Shown: piece after piece, positions 33,286-48,778 of the stretch
Position numbering within the stretch: the stretch's first letter is position 1
Layout of the letters: every line of letters starts with the position of its first letter
From: Vicinamibacterales bacterium
GTDB taxonomy: Bacteria; Acidobacteriota; Vicinamibacteria; Vicinamibacterales; CAVVIG01
Reading direction: 5' to 3'
Assembly (NCBI GenBank): GCA_050249955.1
Contig: JBFWPN010000002.1
Location: forward strand, 392,442-456,441
Length of the DNA stretch: 64,000 nt
The notes under the pieces: model-generated
Databases searched by the model: none
Seen by the model: only the letters and a program-made list of their open reading frames with translations
What the model was told of the DNA's origin: nothing
Program-made: the position numbers and the translations under genes

Positions 33286-34728
33286 ATGGGCGTGTCAGAC
33301 AGGGATGGACGGGAGCCAGGAATGCGCACACGCCGCCGCCGCGATCGGCGGCGCGGCATCGGCGACGTGCTGGCGCAGTTGGGCAGGGTGCTCGGGGCGC
33401 GTGGCGAGCCAGGCCAGTTGCGCACCACGTTCGAGGAAGCGTTGCTGCAGGTGGTGCCCGTCCGGTCGATCGTGCTGCGCGAGAGCGTGGCGCGCTGGTC
33501 GGCCGAGCGCGACGACCCGGCCCACGAGTCGGTGGCGTTCGAGGTGCCGGGTTCGGCGCCGGGGCCGAAGGGGATCCTCGAGGCGACATTCGTGCCGCAG
33601 GATCGGCTGGCGGAGTGGGACTTCCAGGTGATGGGCCATGCCGCGCAACTCGCGGGCCTTGTGCTCGAGGCCGAGCGTGGGCGCGCGGGGCGGCTTGCCA
33701 CACCACCCGCCAGAACCCGACGTGATGCGGCAGCCCCGCTCATCGGATCGACGCCAGCCATGGCGGACCTCCGCTACCGCATCGAGCGGGTCGCCCTCAC
33801 TGATTTCACCGTGCTCCTGGAAGGCGAGTCGGGTGTGGGCAAGGAACTGGTGGCGCGCCAGATCCACGAGTTGAGCCGGAGGCGCACCGGTCCGTTCGTC
33901 GCGATCAACTGCGCGGCGCTTGTGGAAACGCTCCTCGAGGCGGAGCTGTTCGGCATCGAGGAGCGCACGGCCACCGGCGTGCGCGGCCGCCGCGGGAAGT
34001 TCGAACATGCCGACGGCGGGACGCTCTTCCTCGACGAAGTGTCCGACCTGTCGCTCACGGCGCAGGCGAAACTGCTGCGTGCCATCCAGGACCTGGCGGT
34101 GGAGCGTGTGGGCGGCAACGGTACGCAGCGGGTCGACATCCGGATCGTGGCGGCCACCAATCGCAGCCTGGCCGACATGGTCGAACGACGTCTGTTCCGC
34201 GCCGACCTGTTCTATCGCCTGGGGGGCGTCGACCTCCGCGTGCCGCCGCTGCGCGAGCGCCGACAGGACATCCTCGATCTCGCCACGCACTTCCTGGAGC
34301 GGCACCGGCAGGTGCGCTCGCTGCGCCTGTCCGAGGCTGCGCGCGAGGCGCTGATGCTGCACGACTGGCCAGGCAATGTCCGCGAACTCGAGCGGGTGAT
34401 CGAGCGCGCCGTGGCGCTGTGCACCGGCGAGGCCATCGAGGCCGACGACCTGCCCACCGCGGTGCGCGGCGACTACGACGCAGTGCTGTCCCCCTCGCTC
34501 CGCCGGTCCGAGACGTTGCGGGCCTGGGGCAGCCGCTACGCCCGGCTCATGCTCGACCGCTGCAAAGGCAACAAGCGCGAAACCGCGCGCGTGCTCGGCA
34601 TCACGTACCACACGCTCAATGCCTACCTGCGGTTCCCACTCGCCACTCCGGTTGATGAGGGGCTCGACGGTCCGGTTGCGCAGGGCGAGGTGCCTGCGCC
34701 CGAGGAGGTCGCGGCGGCGGGAGCCTAG
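33286..34728 (+). CDS. Sigma-54-activator-family AAA+ transcription factor with N-terminal sensory (GAF-like) domain and degenerate GAFTGA loop
   Basis: Walker A GESGVGKE, Walker B TLFLDEV, R-finger region and C-terminal HTH (KGNKRETARVLGITYHTLNAYL). No receiver domain. The loop reads ELFGIEERTATGV (33964-33981) where GAFTGA is expected. Confidence 0.88.
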   Translation: MGVSDRDGREPGMRTRRRRDRRRGIGDVLAQLGRVLGARGEPGQLRTTFEEALLQVVPVRSIVLRESVARWSAERDDPAHESVAFEVPGSAPGPKGILEATFVPQDRLAEWDFQVMGHAAQLAGLVLEAERGRAGRLATPPARTRRDAAAPLIGSTPAMADLRYRIERVALTDFTVLLEGESGVGKELVARQIHELSRRRTGPFVAINCAALVETLLEAELFGIEERTATGVRGRRGKFEHADGGTLFLDEVSDLSLTAQAKLLRAIQDLAVERVGGNGTQRVDIRIVAATNRSLADMVERRLFRADLFYRLGGVDLRVPPLRERRQDILDLATHFLERHRQVRSLRLSEAAREALMLHDWPGNVRELERVIERAVALCTGEAIEADDLPTAVRGDYDAVLSPSLRRSETLRAWGSRYARLMLDRCKGNKRETARVLGITYHTLNAYLRFPLATPVDEGLDGPVAQGEVPAPEEVAAAGA

Positions 34729-34791
34729 GGCCCCGGTCGTGGCAGGGCCGGGTGTCGCCGGCCTTCGGACGCGCGAGGCAGGGCAGCCAGG

Positions 34792-34807
34792 TGGCTGCGG
34801 GGTCGCA
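34792..34807 (+). promoter_or_regulatory. Candidate sigma-54 promoter upstream of the secreted-protein gene
   Basis: TGGCTG-cgggg-TCGCA has correct GG-N10-GC spacing. It is intergenic and 65 nt upstream of the ATG at 34872. Confidence 0.35.
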
Positions 34808-34871
34808 CGCGGGTCCCAGCAGCGGCACGACACGAGTGCCGCACCGGGCCGGTGGTCCGGAGGGAGTACGC

Positions 34872-35759
34872 ATGAAGAAGCTGGTGCAGTGGCCATCACT
34901 CGCCTGGGCGCTCGCCCTGGTGACGATCGGCATGGGAGCCCGGGGAGCGACGGCCGAGCCGATCGCCGGACGCTTTGGCGCCGGCGCATGCCAGGCATCC
35001 CCGGGCTTCGGACAGGTCGGCTCCAGGGTGGCTGCGCTGACCGGCCCGGGTGGCACGGCCGGACAGTCTGCCACGCGGCCCACGGCGCGGCCGGCGGCGC
35101 AGGTGACGCGGAACGACAGGGCCGATGTCACCTTCGAGGTCAGGCCAACAGTGGACAACAGCGTGGAGGTGTCCGCGGTGACCGGCGACCTGCGGGTCAC
35201 CAAGCGGGTGCAGGGCAACGGTGAGTTCACGCTGCAGGTGGCTACCGGCGACGATCAGGTCACGATCGCCATGTCGGGTCGCGGGCTCAACGTCACCCGC
35301 AACCGCAAGACGCTCGATCTGCCCCGCGCCTCCCGCGACGAGCGCAGGAGCGCCGAGGCCCGGCGGCTGCTCGTCGACTCGCCGGCCCTGACCCGCTACC
35401 GGGTGGCTGCCGACGCGCTGATGGAAACCGACGACCGGTCGCCTGCCGCCATGGCCCTCATCATCGCCGACGCCACGGTGGGCATGCTCACGGGCGACGT
35501 GGGTGCGCCCAGGCGCATTGCACGGCAACTCGCCCAGCGGGGCCAGCGCAACCTGCGGCCGGCAGGGCTGGCGATCGACTGCTTCACGCTGATGGAGCAA
35601 CGGATGGTCGAGGCCTGGAACGACTACCTGGCCTGCTACATCTCGGTGACCAACAACCCGTTCTACGTCTTCTACTGGGAGATGTGTGCGGCCCGGTGGA
35701 CGCTGCAGGTCGAATCGTACTGGTTCAGCTTTCTGAGCTGTTCCGGGTTCAACTGGTAG
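34872..35759 (+). CDS. Secreted hypothetical protein with Cys/aromatic-rich C-terminus
   Basis: GGAGGGAG RBS. Signal peptide MKKLVQWPSLAWALALVTIGMGARGATA. The C-terminal 60 aa contain 4 Cys and many W/Y/F (CFTLMEQRMVEAWNDYLACYISVTNNPFYVFYWEMCAARWTLQVESYWFSFLSCSGFNW). Good codon bias. Confidence 0.7.
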   Translation: MKKLVQWPSLAWALALVTIGMGARGATAEPIAGRFGAGACQASPGFGQVGSRVAALTGPGGTAGQSATRPTARPAAQVTRNDRADVTFEVRPTVDNSVEVSAVTGDLRVTKRVQGNGEFTLQVATGDDQVTIAMSGRGLNVTRNRKTLDLPRASRDERRSAEARRLLVDSPALTRYRVAADALMETDDRSPAAMALIIADATVGMLTGDVGAPRRIARQLAQRGQRNLRPAGLAIDCFTLMEQRMVEAWNDYLACYISVTNNPFYVFYWEMCAARWTLQVESYWFSFLSCSGFNW

Positions 35760-35767
35760 GAGGAGGA

Positions 35768-35959
35768 ATGGACAGGCTGCGCCTGCTGATCGCAGGGCTC
35801 ATCGGAGGGACGCTGCTCGCCGGCGTGGGCGTGGGGCTGCTCGTGCCGCTCGCCCCGGTGCCCTGGCGGACGCCCACCGTGATCTGGGGTGGTTCCGCCG
35901 CGGTCGTCGCCCTCGCCGTTGGCGCCCTGTTCCTCATCGTCCGGCCACGGCGCGAGTGA
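35768..35959 (+). CDS. Small two-TM membrane protein (63 aa)
   Basis: AGGAGGAGGA RBS directly upstream. MDRLRLLIAGLIGGTLLAGVGVGLLVPLAP...GGSAAVVALAVGALFLIVRPRRE. Starts 8 nt after the preceding stop. Confidence 0.6.
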   Translation: MDRLRLLIAGLIGGTLLAGVGVGLLVPLAPVPWRTPTVIWGGSAAVVALAVGALFLIVRPRRE

Positions 35960-36051
35960 CCGGAGTGGCGGGCGTTGGCGCGGCGCGTTCCTTGACCACG
36001 CGCGAAGGCGCATAGTACCGTTGGCCTGTTCCCTTCACTGCGAATTTCTCC

Positions 36052-37167
36052 ATGAATCAGGCCAGCGATACGCCCCTCAAGAAGACGCCGCTCAACGCCC
36101 GCCATCGTGCCCTCGGGGCGCGAATGGTGCCTTTCGGCGGATGGGACATGCCGGTCGAATACACGGGCATCACCGCCGAACACATGGCCGTGCGCGAGCG
36201 CGCCGGCCTCTTCGATGTGAGCCACATGGGGCAGATCGAGATCGCCGGCGCCGATGCCCTCAGCGCCGTGCAGCGCATCTCGTGCAACGACGCCTCCAAG
36301 CTGCAGGTGGGACAGGCACAGTACTCCGGCCTGCTCACGCCGCAGGGTACGTTCGTCGACGACCTGCTCGTCTACCGGCTCGGCCCGCAGCACTTCATGC
36401 TGGTCGTGAACGCGTCGCACATCGAGAAGGACTTCGAGACGATTGTCGAGGGCATCAGGCCGGTTGGCGATGCCGTCGCGGTCAACGTCAGTTCCCGCTA
36501 CGCGCTCATCGCGGTGCAGGGTCCCAGGGCGCTCGAGATCCTGCAGCCGCTCACCGGCATCGATCTCGCCGCCATGAAGTACTACTGGTTCGCCCACGGC
36601 GAGATTGCCGGCGTGCGGGGCACCGTCTCGCGCACGGGCTATACGGGCGAGGACGGCTTCGAGGTGTTCGTGCCGCCGCAGGCGGCCGACAAGGTCTGGC
36701 TGGCTCTCATGCAGGCCGGCGAGCCGTACGGGCTCGTTCCCTGTGGGCTCGGCGCGCGCGACACACTGCGGCTCGAGGCAGCGATGTGCCTGCACGGCAA
36801 CGACATCGACGAGACCACCACTCCCGTGGAGGCCGGCCTCAACTGGATCGTTGGCTGGAAGAAGGACGCGTTCATCGGCAGCGACGTCCTGAAGCAGCAG
36901 AAGGCCGACGGCCCCGCGCGCCGGCTGGTCGGCTTCGAGATGGTCGACCGCGGCATCGCCCGCCACGGATACGGCATCTTCTCGGGTGACGCACAGGTGG
37001 GCACGGTCACCAGCGGCACCCAGACCCCCTATCTCAAGAAAGCCATCGGACTCGGCTACGTGACGGCGGCACTCGCGGCCCCGGGCACCGAGCTCGGGAT
37101 CGACATTCGCGGCCGCCGCCTGAAGGCAGTGGTCGTTCCCACACCCTTCTACAAGAGGACCAAGTGA
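36052..37167 (+). CDS. gcvT: Glycine cleavage system T protein (aminomethyltransferase)
   Basis: LKKTPLNARHRALGARMVPFGGWDMPVEYTGI..., DVSHMGQIEI, TGYTGEDGFE. Confidence 0.96.
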   Translation: MNQASDTPLKKTPLNARHRALGARMVPFGGWDMPVEYTGITAEHMAVRERAGLFDVSHMGQIEIAGADALSAVQRISCNDASKLQVGQAQYSGLLTPQGTFVDDLLVYRLGPQHFMLVVNASHIEKDFETIVEGIRPVGDAVAVNVSSRYALIAVQGPRALEILQPLTGIDLAAMKYYWFAHGEIAGVRGTVSRTGYTGEDGFEVFVPPQAADKVWLALMQAGEPYGLVPCGLGARDTLRLEAAMCLHGNDIDETTTPVEAGLNWIVGWKKDAFIGSDVLKQQKADGPARRLVGFEMVDRGIARHGYGIFSGDAQVGTVTSGTQTPYLKKAIGLGYVTAALAAPGTELGIDIRGRRLKAVVVPTPFYKRTK

Positions 37168-37537
37168 TGGAGTATCCGGCCGGGTTCAAGTACACGAAGG
37201 ACCACGAATGGCTCGAACTCTCGGGCGATCAGGGGAAGGTCGGCATCACGGACTTCGCCCAGGCCCAGCTGGGCGACGTCGTCTACCTCGAGCTGCCTGA
37301 GGTGGGCACCACGGTGAAGGCTGGCCAGACCTTCGGCAACATCGAGTCGGTGAAGGCCGTGTCGGAACTCTACGCGCCCGTGTCGGGGCAGGTGGTCGAG
37401 GTGAACACCGCGCTCAAGGAGAAGCCGGAAGCGGTCAACACCGACCCGCATGGGAGCTGGATGGTGGTCATCCGGATGTCAGACCCCGGTGAAGTCGACC
37501 AGCTCCTCGACGTGACCCAGTACGCAGACCTGGTGAA

Positions 37538-37541
<4 letters not shown>
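37164..37541 (+). CDS. gcvH: Glycine cleavage system H protein (lipoyl carrier)
   Basis: YTKDHEWL...[20 protein letters not shown] and the lipoyl-lysine motif [12 protein letters not shown]. Overlaps gcvT by 4 nt. Confidence 0.96.
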
Positions 37542-40420
<2,879 letters not shown>

Positions 40421-40443
40421 CTGAATTCCGGTAGCTCCCATCG

Positions 40444-40477
40444 AAAGGCAGCCTCGCCGGCACGGCGGGCTGCCTTT
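40444..40477 (+). terminator. Hairpin terminator after gcvP
   Basis: aaaggcagcc-(14-nt loop)-ggctgccttt forms a 10-bp stem 24 nt after the stop. The trailing run is only ttt/cctt, so it is a weak U-tract. Confidence 0.55.
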
Positions 40478-40588
40478 CCTTGCGTACGGCCCGTGCCGAT
40501 GCGGTAGGCTCTCGTCTGTTCCGCCAGGACACGGTGGCGCCGCTCCGCACCTGCGGAAGGGCAGGCGTCGTTGCAGGAGGAGAGTACG

Positions 40589-41035
40589 GTGATCGGAATT
40601 CTGTCCAGAACGTGCGCAGCCCTGGCTCTCACCGGACTGCTGGTGGCCACCGCGTCGGCACAGCAGCCGGCGGCCCAGCCCGGTGAGGCCGACCCCGGCG
40701 TCCGTCCCGTCCGGCTCATCGACCGGGACGAGATCCGCGTGAGCCGCGTCGAACTGCAGCCTGGCGCCGTCCGCAAGGCGCACCTGCACGACGATGTGGA
40801 GTATCACGTGTGGGCGCCGGTCAACGGCACACTGGAGATCACCATCGGCTCGGACGGTCCGAAGGCGGCCGCGCCCGGTCAGGCGTTCTTCATGAAGAAG
40901 GGGACCATGCACGGGTTCCGCAACACGGGGTCGACGCCGGCGGCGGTCTTCGAGATCTTCGTGAAGAAGTCGTCGACCACCGCCTCGCTCGACATCGACG
41001 GCGAAGTGCAGCAGATCCTCGCCGGTCTCCGCTGA
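40589..41035 (+). CDS. Secreted cupin-domain protein
   Basis: GTG start preceded by AGGAGGAG. Signal peptide VIGILSRTCAALALTGLLVATASAQQ. Cupin motifs AHLHDDVEYHV and GTMHGFRNTG. Confidence 0.8.
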   Translation: MIGILSRTCAALALTGLLVATASAQQPAAQPGEADPGVRPVRLIDRDEIRVSRVELQPGAVRKAHLHDDVEYHVWAPVNGTLEITIGSDGPKAAAPGQAFFMKKGTMHGFRNTGSTPAAVFEIFVKKSSTTASLDIDGEVQQILAGLR

Positions 41036-41044
41036 GGGCGGTGC

Positions 41045-41938
41045 TCAGGCCCCGGCCGTTGCTGCAGTCAGGCGGCGAACCCCGGCTCGGAAGCCGTCGA
41101 GCAATCGGCGCGTGATCGGCCCAGGCTGTCCGGTGCCGATCACGTGCTCATCCACCCGGACGATCGGCAGCACCTCGCGTGTCGTGCTCGTGAGGAACAC
41201 CTCGTCTGCACCCAGCAGATCCGCGTCGAGGATCACCTGTTCGCGCATCGGCACGCCGTGCTCGCGGGCGACCTCGAACAGGAACTCGCGCGTGATGCCG
41301 ACGAGCAGCCCGGCGTCCGCGGGCGGGGTCAGCACCTCGCCGTCCTTCACGATGAAGATGTTGGACTGGCTGCACTCGGCAATCTCGCCGCGGTAGTTCC
41401 GCATGATCGCCTCGAAGGCCCCCTTGCGGATCGCCTCCTGCTGGCCCAGCGCGTTGTTCAGCAGGTTGTTGGACTTGATGATCGGGTTCACCGAGCTGGG
41501 GTGGTTCCGCATCACGCCAACCAGCGACACCATCACGCCATCGTCATACGCCGACACTGGTGCGTCCACGTGCGGCTTTACGATGACGACGATGCTCGGC
41601 GTCGGGCAGGACTTCGGGTCGTAGCTGATCTCGCCGATGCCCCGCGTCACCAGGATGCGGATGTACGCCTCGCGGCCGTCGGTGCCGAGCCCGGCGGCCC
41701 GCATGGTCTCGTCGCACCGTCGGGCCAGTTCGTCGTCGGTCAGTCCGATGTCGAGGTGGATGCGCGCGGCAGACGCCCGCATCCGGTGCATGTGCCGGTC
41801 GAAGAGGAAGGGGATGCCGTCGTAGGTCCGCACGACCTCGTAGACCCCCTCGCCGTACAGGAACCCGTGGTCGAACACCGAGATGACCGCGTGCTCCCTG
41901 TCCATGAGGCGGCCGTTCACATTCACCATCACGCTCAT
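41045..41938 (-). CDS. ilvE: Class IV (fold type IV) aminotransferase, branched-chain amino acid / D-amino acid type
   Basis: VFDHGFLYGEGVYEVVRTYDG.PFLFDRHMHRM. The later EIAECSQSNIFIVKDGEVLTPP and GITR motifs are typical of IlvE/Dat/PabC. The exact subfamily is not resolvable by eye. Confidence 0.8.
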   Translation of the reverse strand: MSVMVNVNGRLMDREHAVISVFDHGFLYGEGVYEVVRTYDGIPFLFDRHMHRMRASAARIHLDIGLTDDELARRCDETMRAAGLGTDGREAYIRILVTRGIGEISYDPKSCPTPSIVVIVKPHVDAPVSAYDDGVMVSLVGVMRNHPSSVNPIIKSNNLLNNALGQQEAIRKGAFEAIMRNYRGEIAECSQSNIFIVKDGEVLTPPADAGLLVGITREFLFEVAREHGVPMREQVILDADLLGADEVFLTSTTREVLPIVRVDEHVIGTGQPGPITRRLLDGFRAGVRRLTAATAGA

Positions 41939-41980
41939 CAGGCCAGCGTACCGCCTGTGCTATCGTGGTTTCAACCCTCC

Positions 41981-43555
41981 ATGCGAGTGCTCACAGCCGC
42001 GCAGATGCGCGAGGCCGACCGCCGGACGATCGAGGATATTGGCATCCCGTCACTGGTGTTGATGGAGAACGCCGGCCGCCAGGTCGTGGCGGCGATGGAG
42101 GCGGTGCACGGCGACCTCCAGGAACACTCGGTCGCGGTGCTCTGCGGGCGCGGCAACAACGGAGGCGACGGCTTCGTCGTGGCCCGCACGCTCATCCAGC
42201 GCGGTGTCGACGTGTCGGTGTTCGTGGTGGGCAGCCGCGTGGCCGAGGTACGCGGCGACGCGCGCGTGAACCTCGACATCCTCGGCCGGCTCGGCATCAC
42301 CGTGGTGGAGGTCGCCGACAGCCAGGCCTGGGAACTGCACTTCTCCGAGGTGTCGGCCTGCACGCTCATCGTGGACGCCATCTTCGGCACCGGCCTCAAC
42401 GCCCCGCTCGAGGGGTTGCTGGCGAGTGTCGCGGAGGACGTGAACCAGTCCGGCATTCCGGTTGTGGCCATCGACCTGCCGTCCGGCCTCTCGGCCGACC
42501 ACCACGAACCGCTCGGCGACTCCATCGTGGCCGGCACCACGGTGACGCTCGCGGCCCCGAAGCTCGCCCTCGTCCTGCCCCCGGCCGAAACCCGCGCCGG
42601 CGACATCGTGATTGCCGACATCGGCATCCCGATGGAGGTGGTCGAGTCGCTGGAGGGGCCCCGCATGGACCTGCTGACACGTGGCGCCATGCGCAGCCTG
42701 GTGGTACCTCGCGAGGCCGACACGCACAAGGGCGACTACGGGCGCGTGCTGCTGGTGGCCGGCTCACGCGGCAAGACCGGTGCAGCGCACCTGGCGGCGG
42801 TGGGCGCCCTGCGGGCGGGTGCCGGGCTCGTGACGATCGCCACTCCGTCCAGTTGCCTGCCCATCGTGGCGGCGATGGCGCCTGAGTACATGACGGCCAG
42901 CCTCGACGAGAACCCGGACGGTCTCGACCCGGACGGCGTCGAGGAACTTCTCGGGACAGCGACCGACGTGCTGGCCGTTGGACCTGGCCTCGGGCAGGGC
43001 GCTGGCACGCGCGCCTTCGTCCAGGCCATCGTCGACCGCGCAACCGTGCCGCTGGTGATCGACGCCGACGGGCTGAATGCATTCGCGGGTCAGCCCGATC
43101 GCCTCGCCGGCCGCGAGGGCCGAGACGTCATCATCACGCCGCATCCGGGCGAGATGGCGCGGCTGGTCGGGATGACCACCGAGGAGGTGCAGGCGAACCG
43201 GCTCGACGTAGCCCGCACGTTCGCAACCACACACCATGTCTACGTGGTGCTGAAGGGGCACCGCACGCTCATCGCGACGCCTGACGGCACGATCTTCATC
43301 AACCCGACCGGGAACCCCGGGATGGCTACCGGGGGCACCGGTGACGTGCTGTGCGGAATGATTGCCGCGTGGCTCGCGCAGTTGCTCGATGCCGAGGCGG
43401 CCTGCAGGCTTGCGGTCTACCTGCACGGGATGGCGGGCGACCTGGCACAGGCCGACGAGGGCGAGGCGGCGATGCTCGCGTCCGACGTCGCCGCGCACAT
43501 CGGCGATGCGATTCTCGAGCTGACGTCGAGCCGCAAGGTCGTCGAGAAGCAGTGA
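41981..43555 (+). CDS. nnr: Bifunctional NAD(P)H-hydrate repair enzyme (epimerase + ADP-dependent dehydratase)
   Basis: Start at MRVLTAAQMREADRRTIE.GIPSLVLMENAG, with CGRGNNGGDGFV (YjeF_N). C-terminal carbohydrate-kinase part has KGDYGRVLLVAGS..., GMATGGTGDVL. The upstream 280 codons of the ORF are antisense to ilvE. Confidence 0.93.
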   Translation: MRVLTAAQMREADRRTIEDIGIPSLVLMENAGRQVVAAMEAVHGDLQEHSVAVLCGRGNNGGDGFVVARTLIQRGVDVSVFVVGSRVAEVRGDARVNLDILGRLGITVVEVADSQAWELHFSEVSACTLIVDAIFGTGLNAPLEGLLASVAEDVNQSGIPVVAIDLPSGLSADHHEPLGDSIVAGTTVTLAAPKLALVLPPAETRAGDIVIADIGIPMEVVESLEGPRMDLLTRGAMRSLVVPREADTHKGDYGRVLLVAGSRGKTGAAHLAAVGALRAGAGLVTIATPSSCLPIVAAMAPEYMTASLDENPDGLDPDGVEELLGTATDVLAVGPGLGQGAGTRAFVQAIVDRATVPLVIDADGLNAFAGQPDRLAGREGRDVIITPHPGEMARLVGMTTEEVQANRLDVARTFATTHHVYVVLKGHRTLIATPDGTIFINPTGNPGMATGGTGDVLCGMIAAWLAQLLDAEAACRLAVYLHGMAGDLAQADEGEAAMLASDVAAHIGDAILELTSSRKVVEKQ

Positions 43556-43971
43556 TCGTCTCCAGCCACTCGGAGGCCGAGACCCGCGCGATTGCGCGCG
43601 ATCTCGCCGGTCGGCTCGAGCCTGACGCCATCGTCCTGCTCACGGGCGAGCTGGGCGCAGGCAAGACCGCCTTCGTGAAGGGGCTGGCCGAAGGGCTCGG
43701 TCTCGACCCCTCGGATGTGACCTCGCCCACCTTCACGCTCGTCCAGGAGTATCGCGGCGGGCGGCTCACGCTGTACCACATCGATCTCTACCGGCTCTCT
43801 CCGCGTGAGGTCGACGATCTCGGGCTCGATGAGCTGACGGCGAGCGGGGGAGTGGTGGCCATCGAGTGGCCGGACCGGTGGACGGACCCGCCGGACGCGG
43901 TGACGCGCGTGGCCCTGCAGGCGGTGGGAGAGGATGAGCGGTCGATTTCCATCGACCGCCCCGTACGGTAG
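43552..43971 (+). CDS. tsaE: tRNA t6A biosynthesis ATPase TsaE
   Basis: GTG overlaps the nnr stop (GTGA). Walker A LTGELGAGKTAFVKGL, with SPTFTLVQEY and HIDLYRL. Confidence 0.9.
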   Translation: MIVSSHSEAETRAIARDLAGRLEPDAIVLLTGELGAGKTAFVKGLAEGLGLDPSDVTSPTFTLVQEYRGGRLTLYHIDLYRLSPREVDDLGLDELTASGGVVAIEWPDRWTDPPDAVTRVALQAVGEDERSISIDRPVR

Positions 43972-43998
43972 CCGGTCCACCTGCATGGACCGACCTCC

Positions 43999-45611
<1,613 letters not shown>

Positions 45612-45641
45612 GATCGACGGGGCGGGGCAGGGCGCACGCGT

Positions 45642-48611
<2,970 letters not shown>

Positions 48612-48689
48612 CTACAGCGCGGAATGTCCCGTCCTTCGATGCGCCTCAGGACGTCCCTGAGTTGGCCGAAGGGCCATGGGTATCTGCCG

Positions 48690-48698
48690 ATTGTAGCA
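48690..48698 (-). promoter_or_regulatory. Extended -10 promoter element for secA
   Basis: The minus strand reads TGCTACAAT (TGn + TACAAT), about 80 nt upstream of the secA ATG and immediately after the upstream terminator. Confidence 0.5.
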
Positions 48699-48699
48699 G

Positions 48700-48752
48700 A
48701 AAGAAAAAGGGCCGAAGGGTGGACGGGTCATGCCCGTGTGTCCCTCCGGCCC
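48700..48752 (-). terminator. Intrinsic terminator of the M23 peptidase gene
   Basis: Long interrupted hairpin (gggccgaaggg..ggacggg / cccgt..ccctccggccc) followed on the minus strand by TTTTTCTTT. Confidence 0.7.
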
Positions 48753-48778
48753 GTGGATGGCGTCGAGGCGCTGCGACC

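Noticed and set aside
35960-36051. A glycine riboswitch was expected upstream of gcvT.
   Set aside because: Only 92 nt are available, and none of the conserved glycine-aptamer segments (GGAGAG...CACCGAAGGGGCAA...CTCTGGAGAG) is present. There is a weak TTGACC-N15-TAGTAC promoter-like pair only.
41144-41980. The upstream 280 codons of the 803-aa ORF containing nnr, and similarly 21649-23445 (M20), 18759-19052 (metalloprotease), 17799-17975 and 18875-19141.
   Set aside because: These N-terminal extensions run antisense to, or overlap, neighbouring genes. They precede clear signal peptides or conserved N-termini with good start codons, so the shorter starts were chosen.
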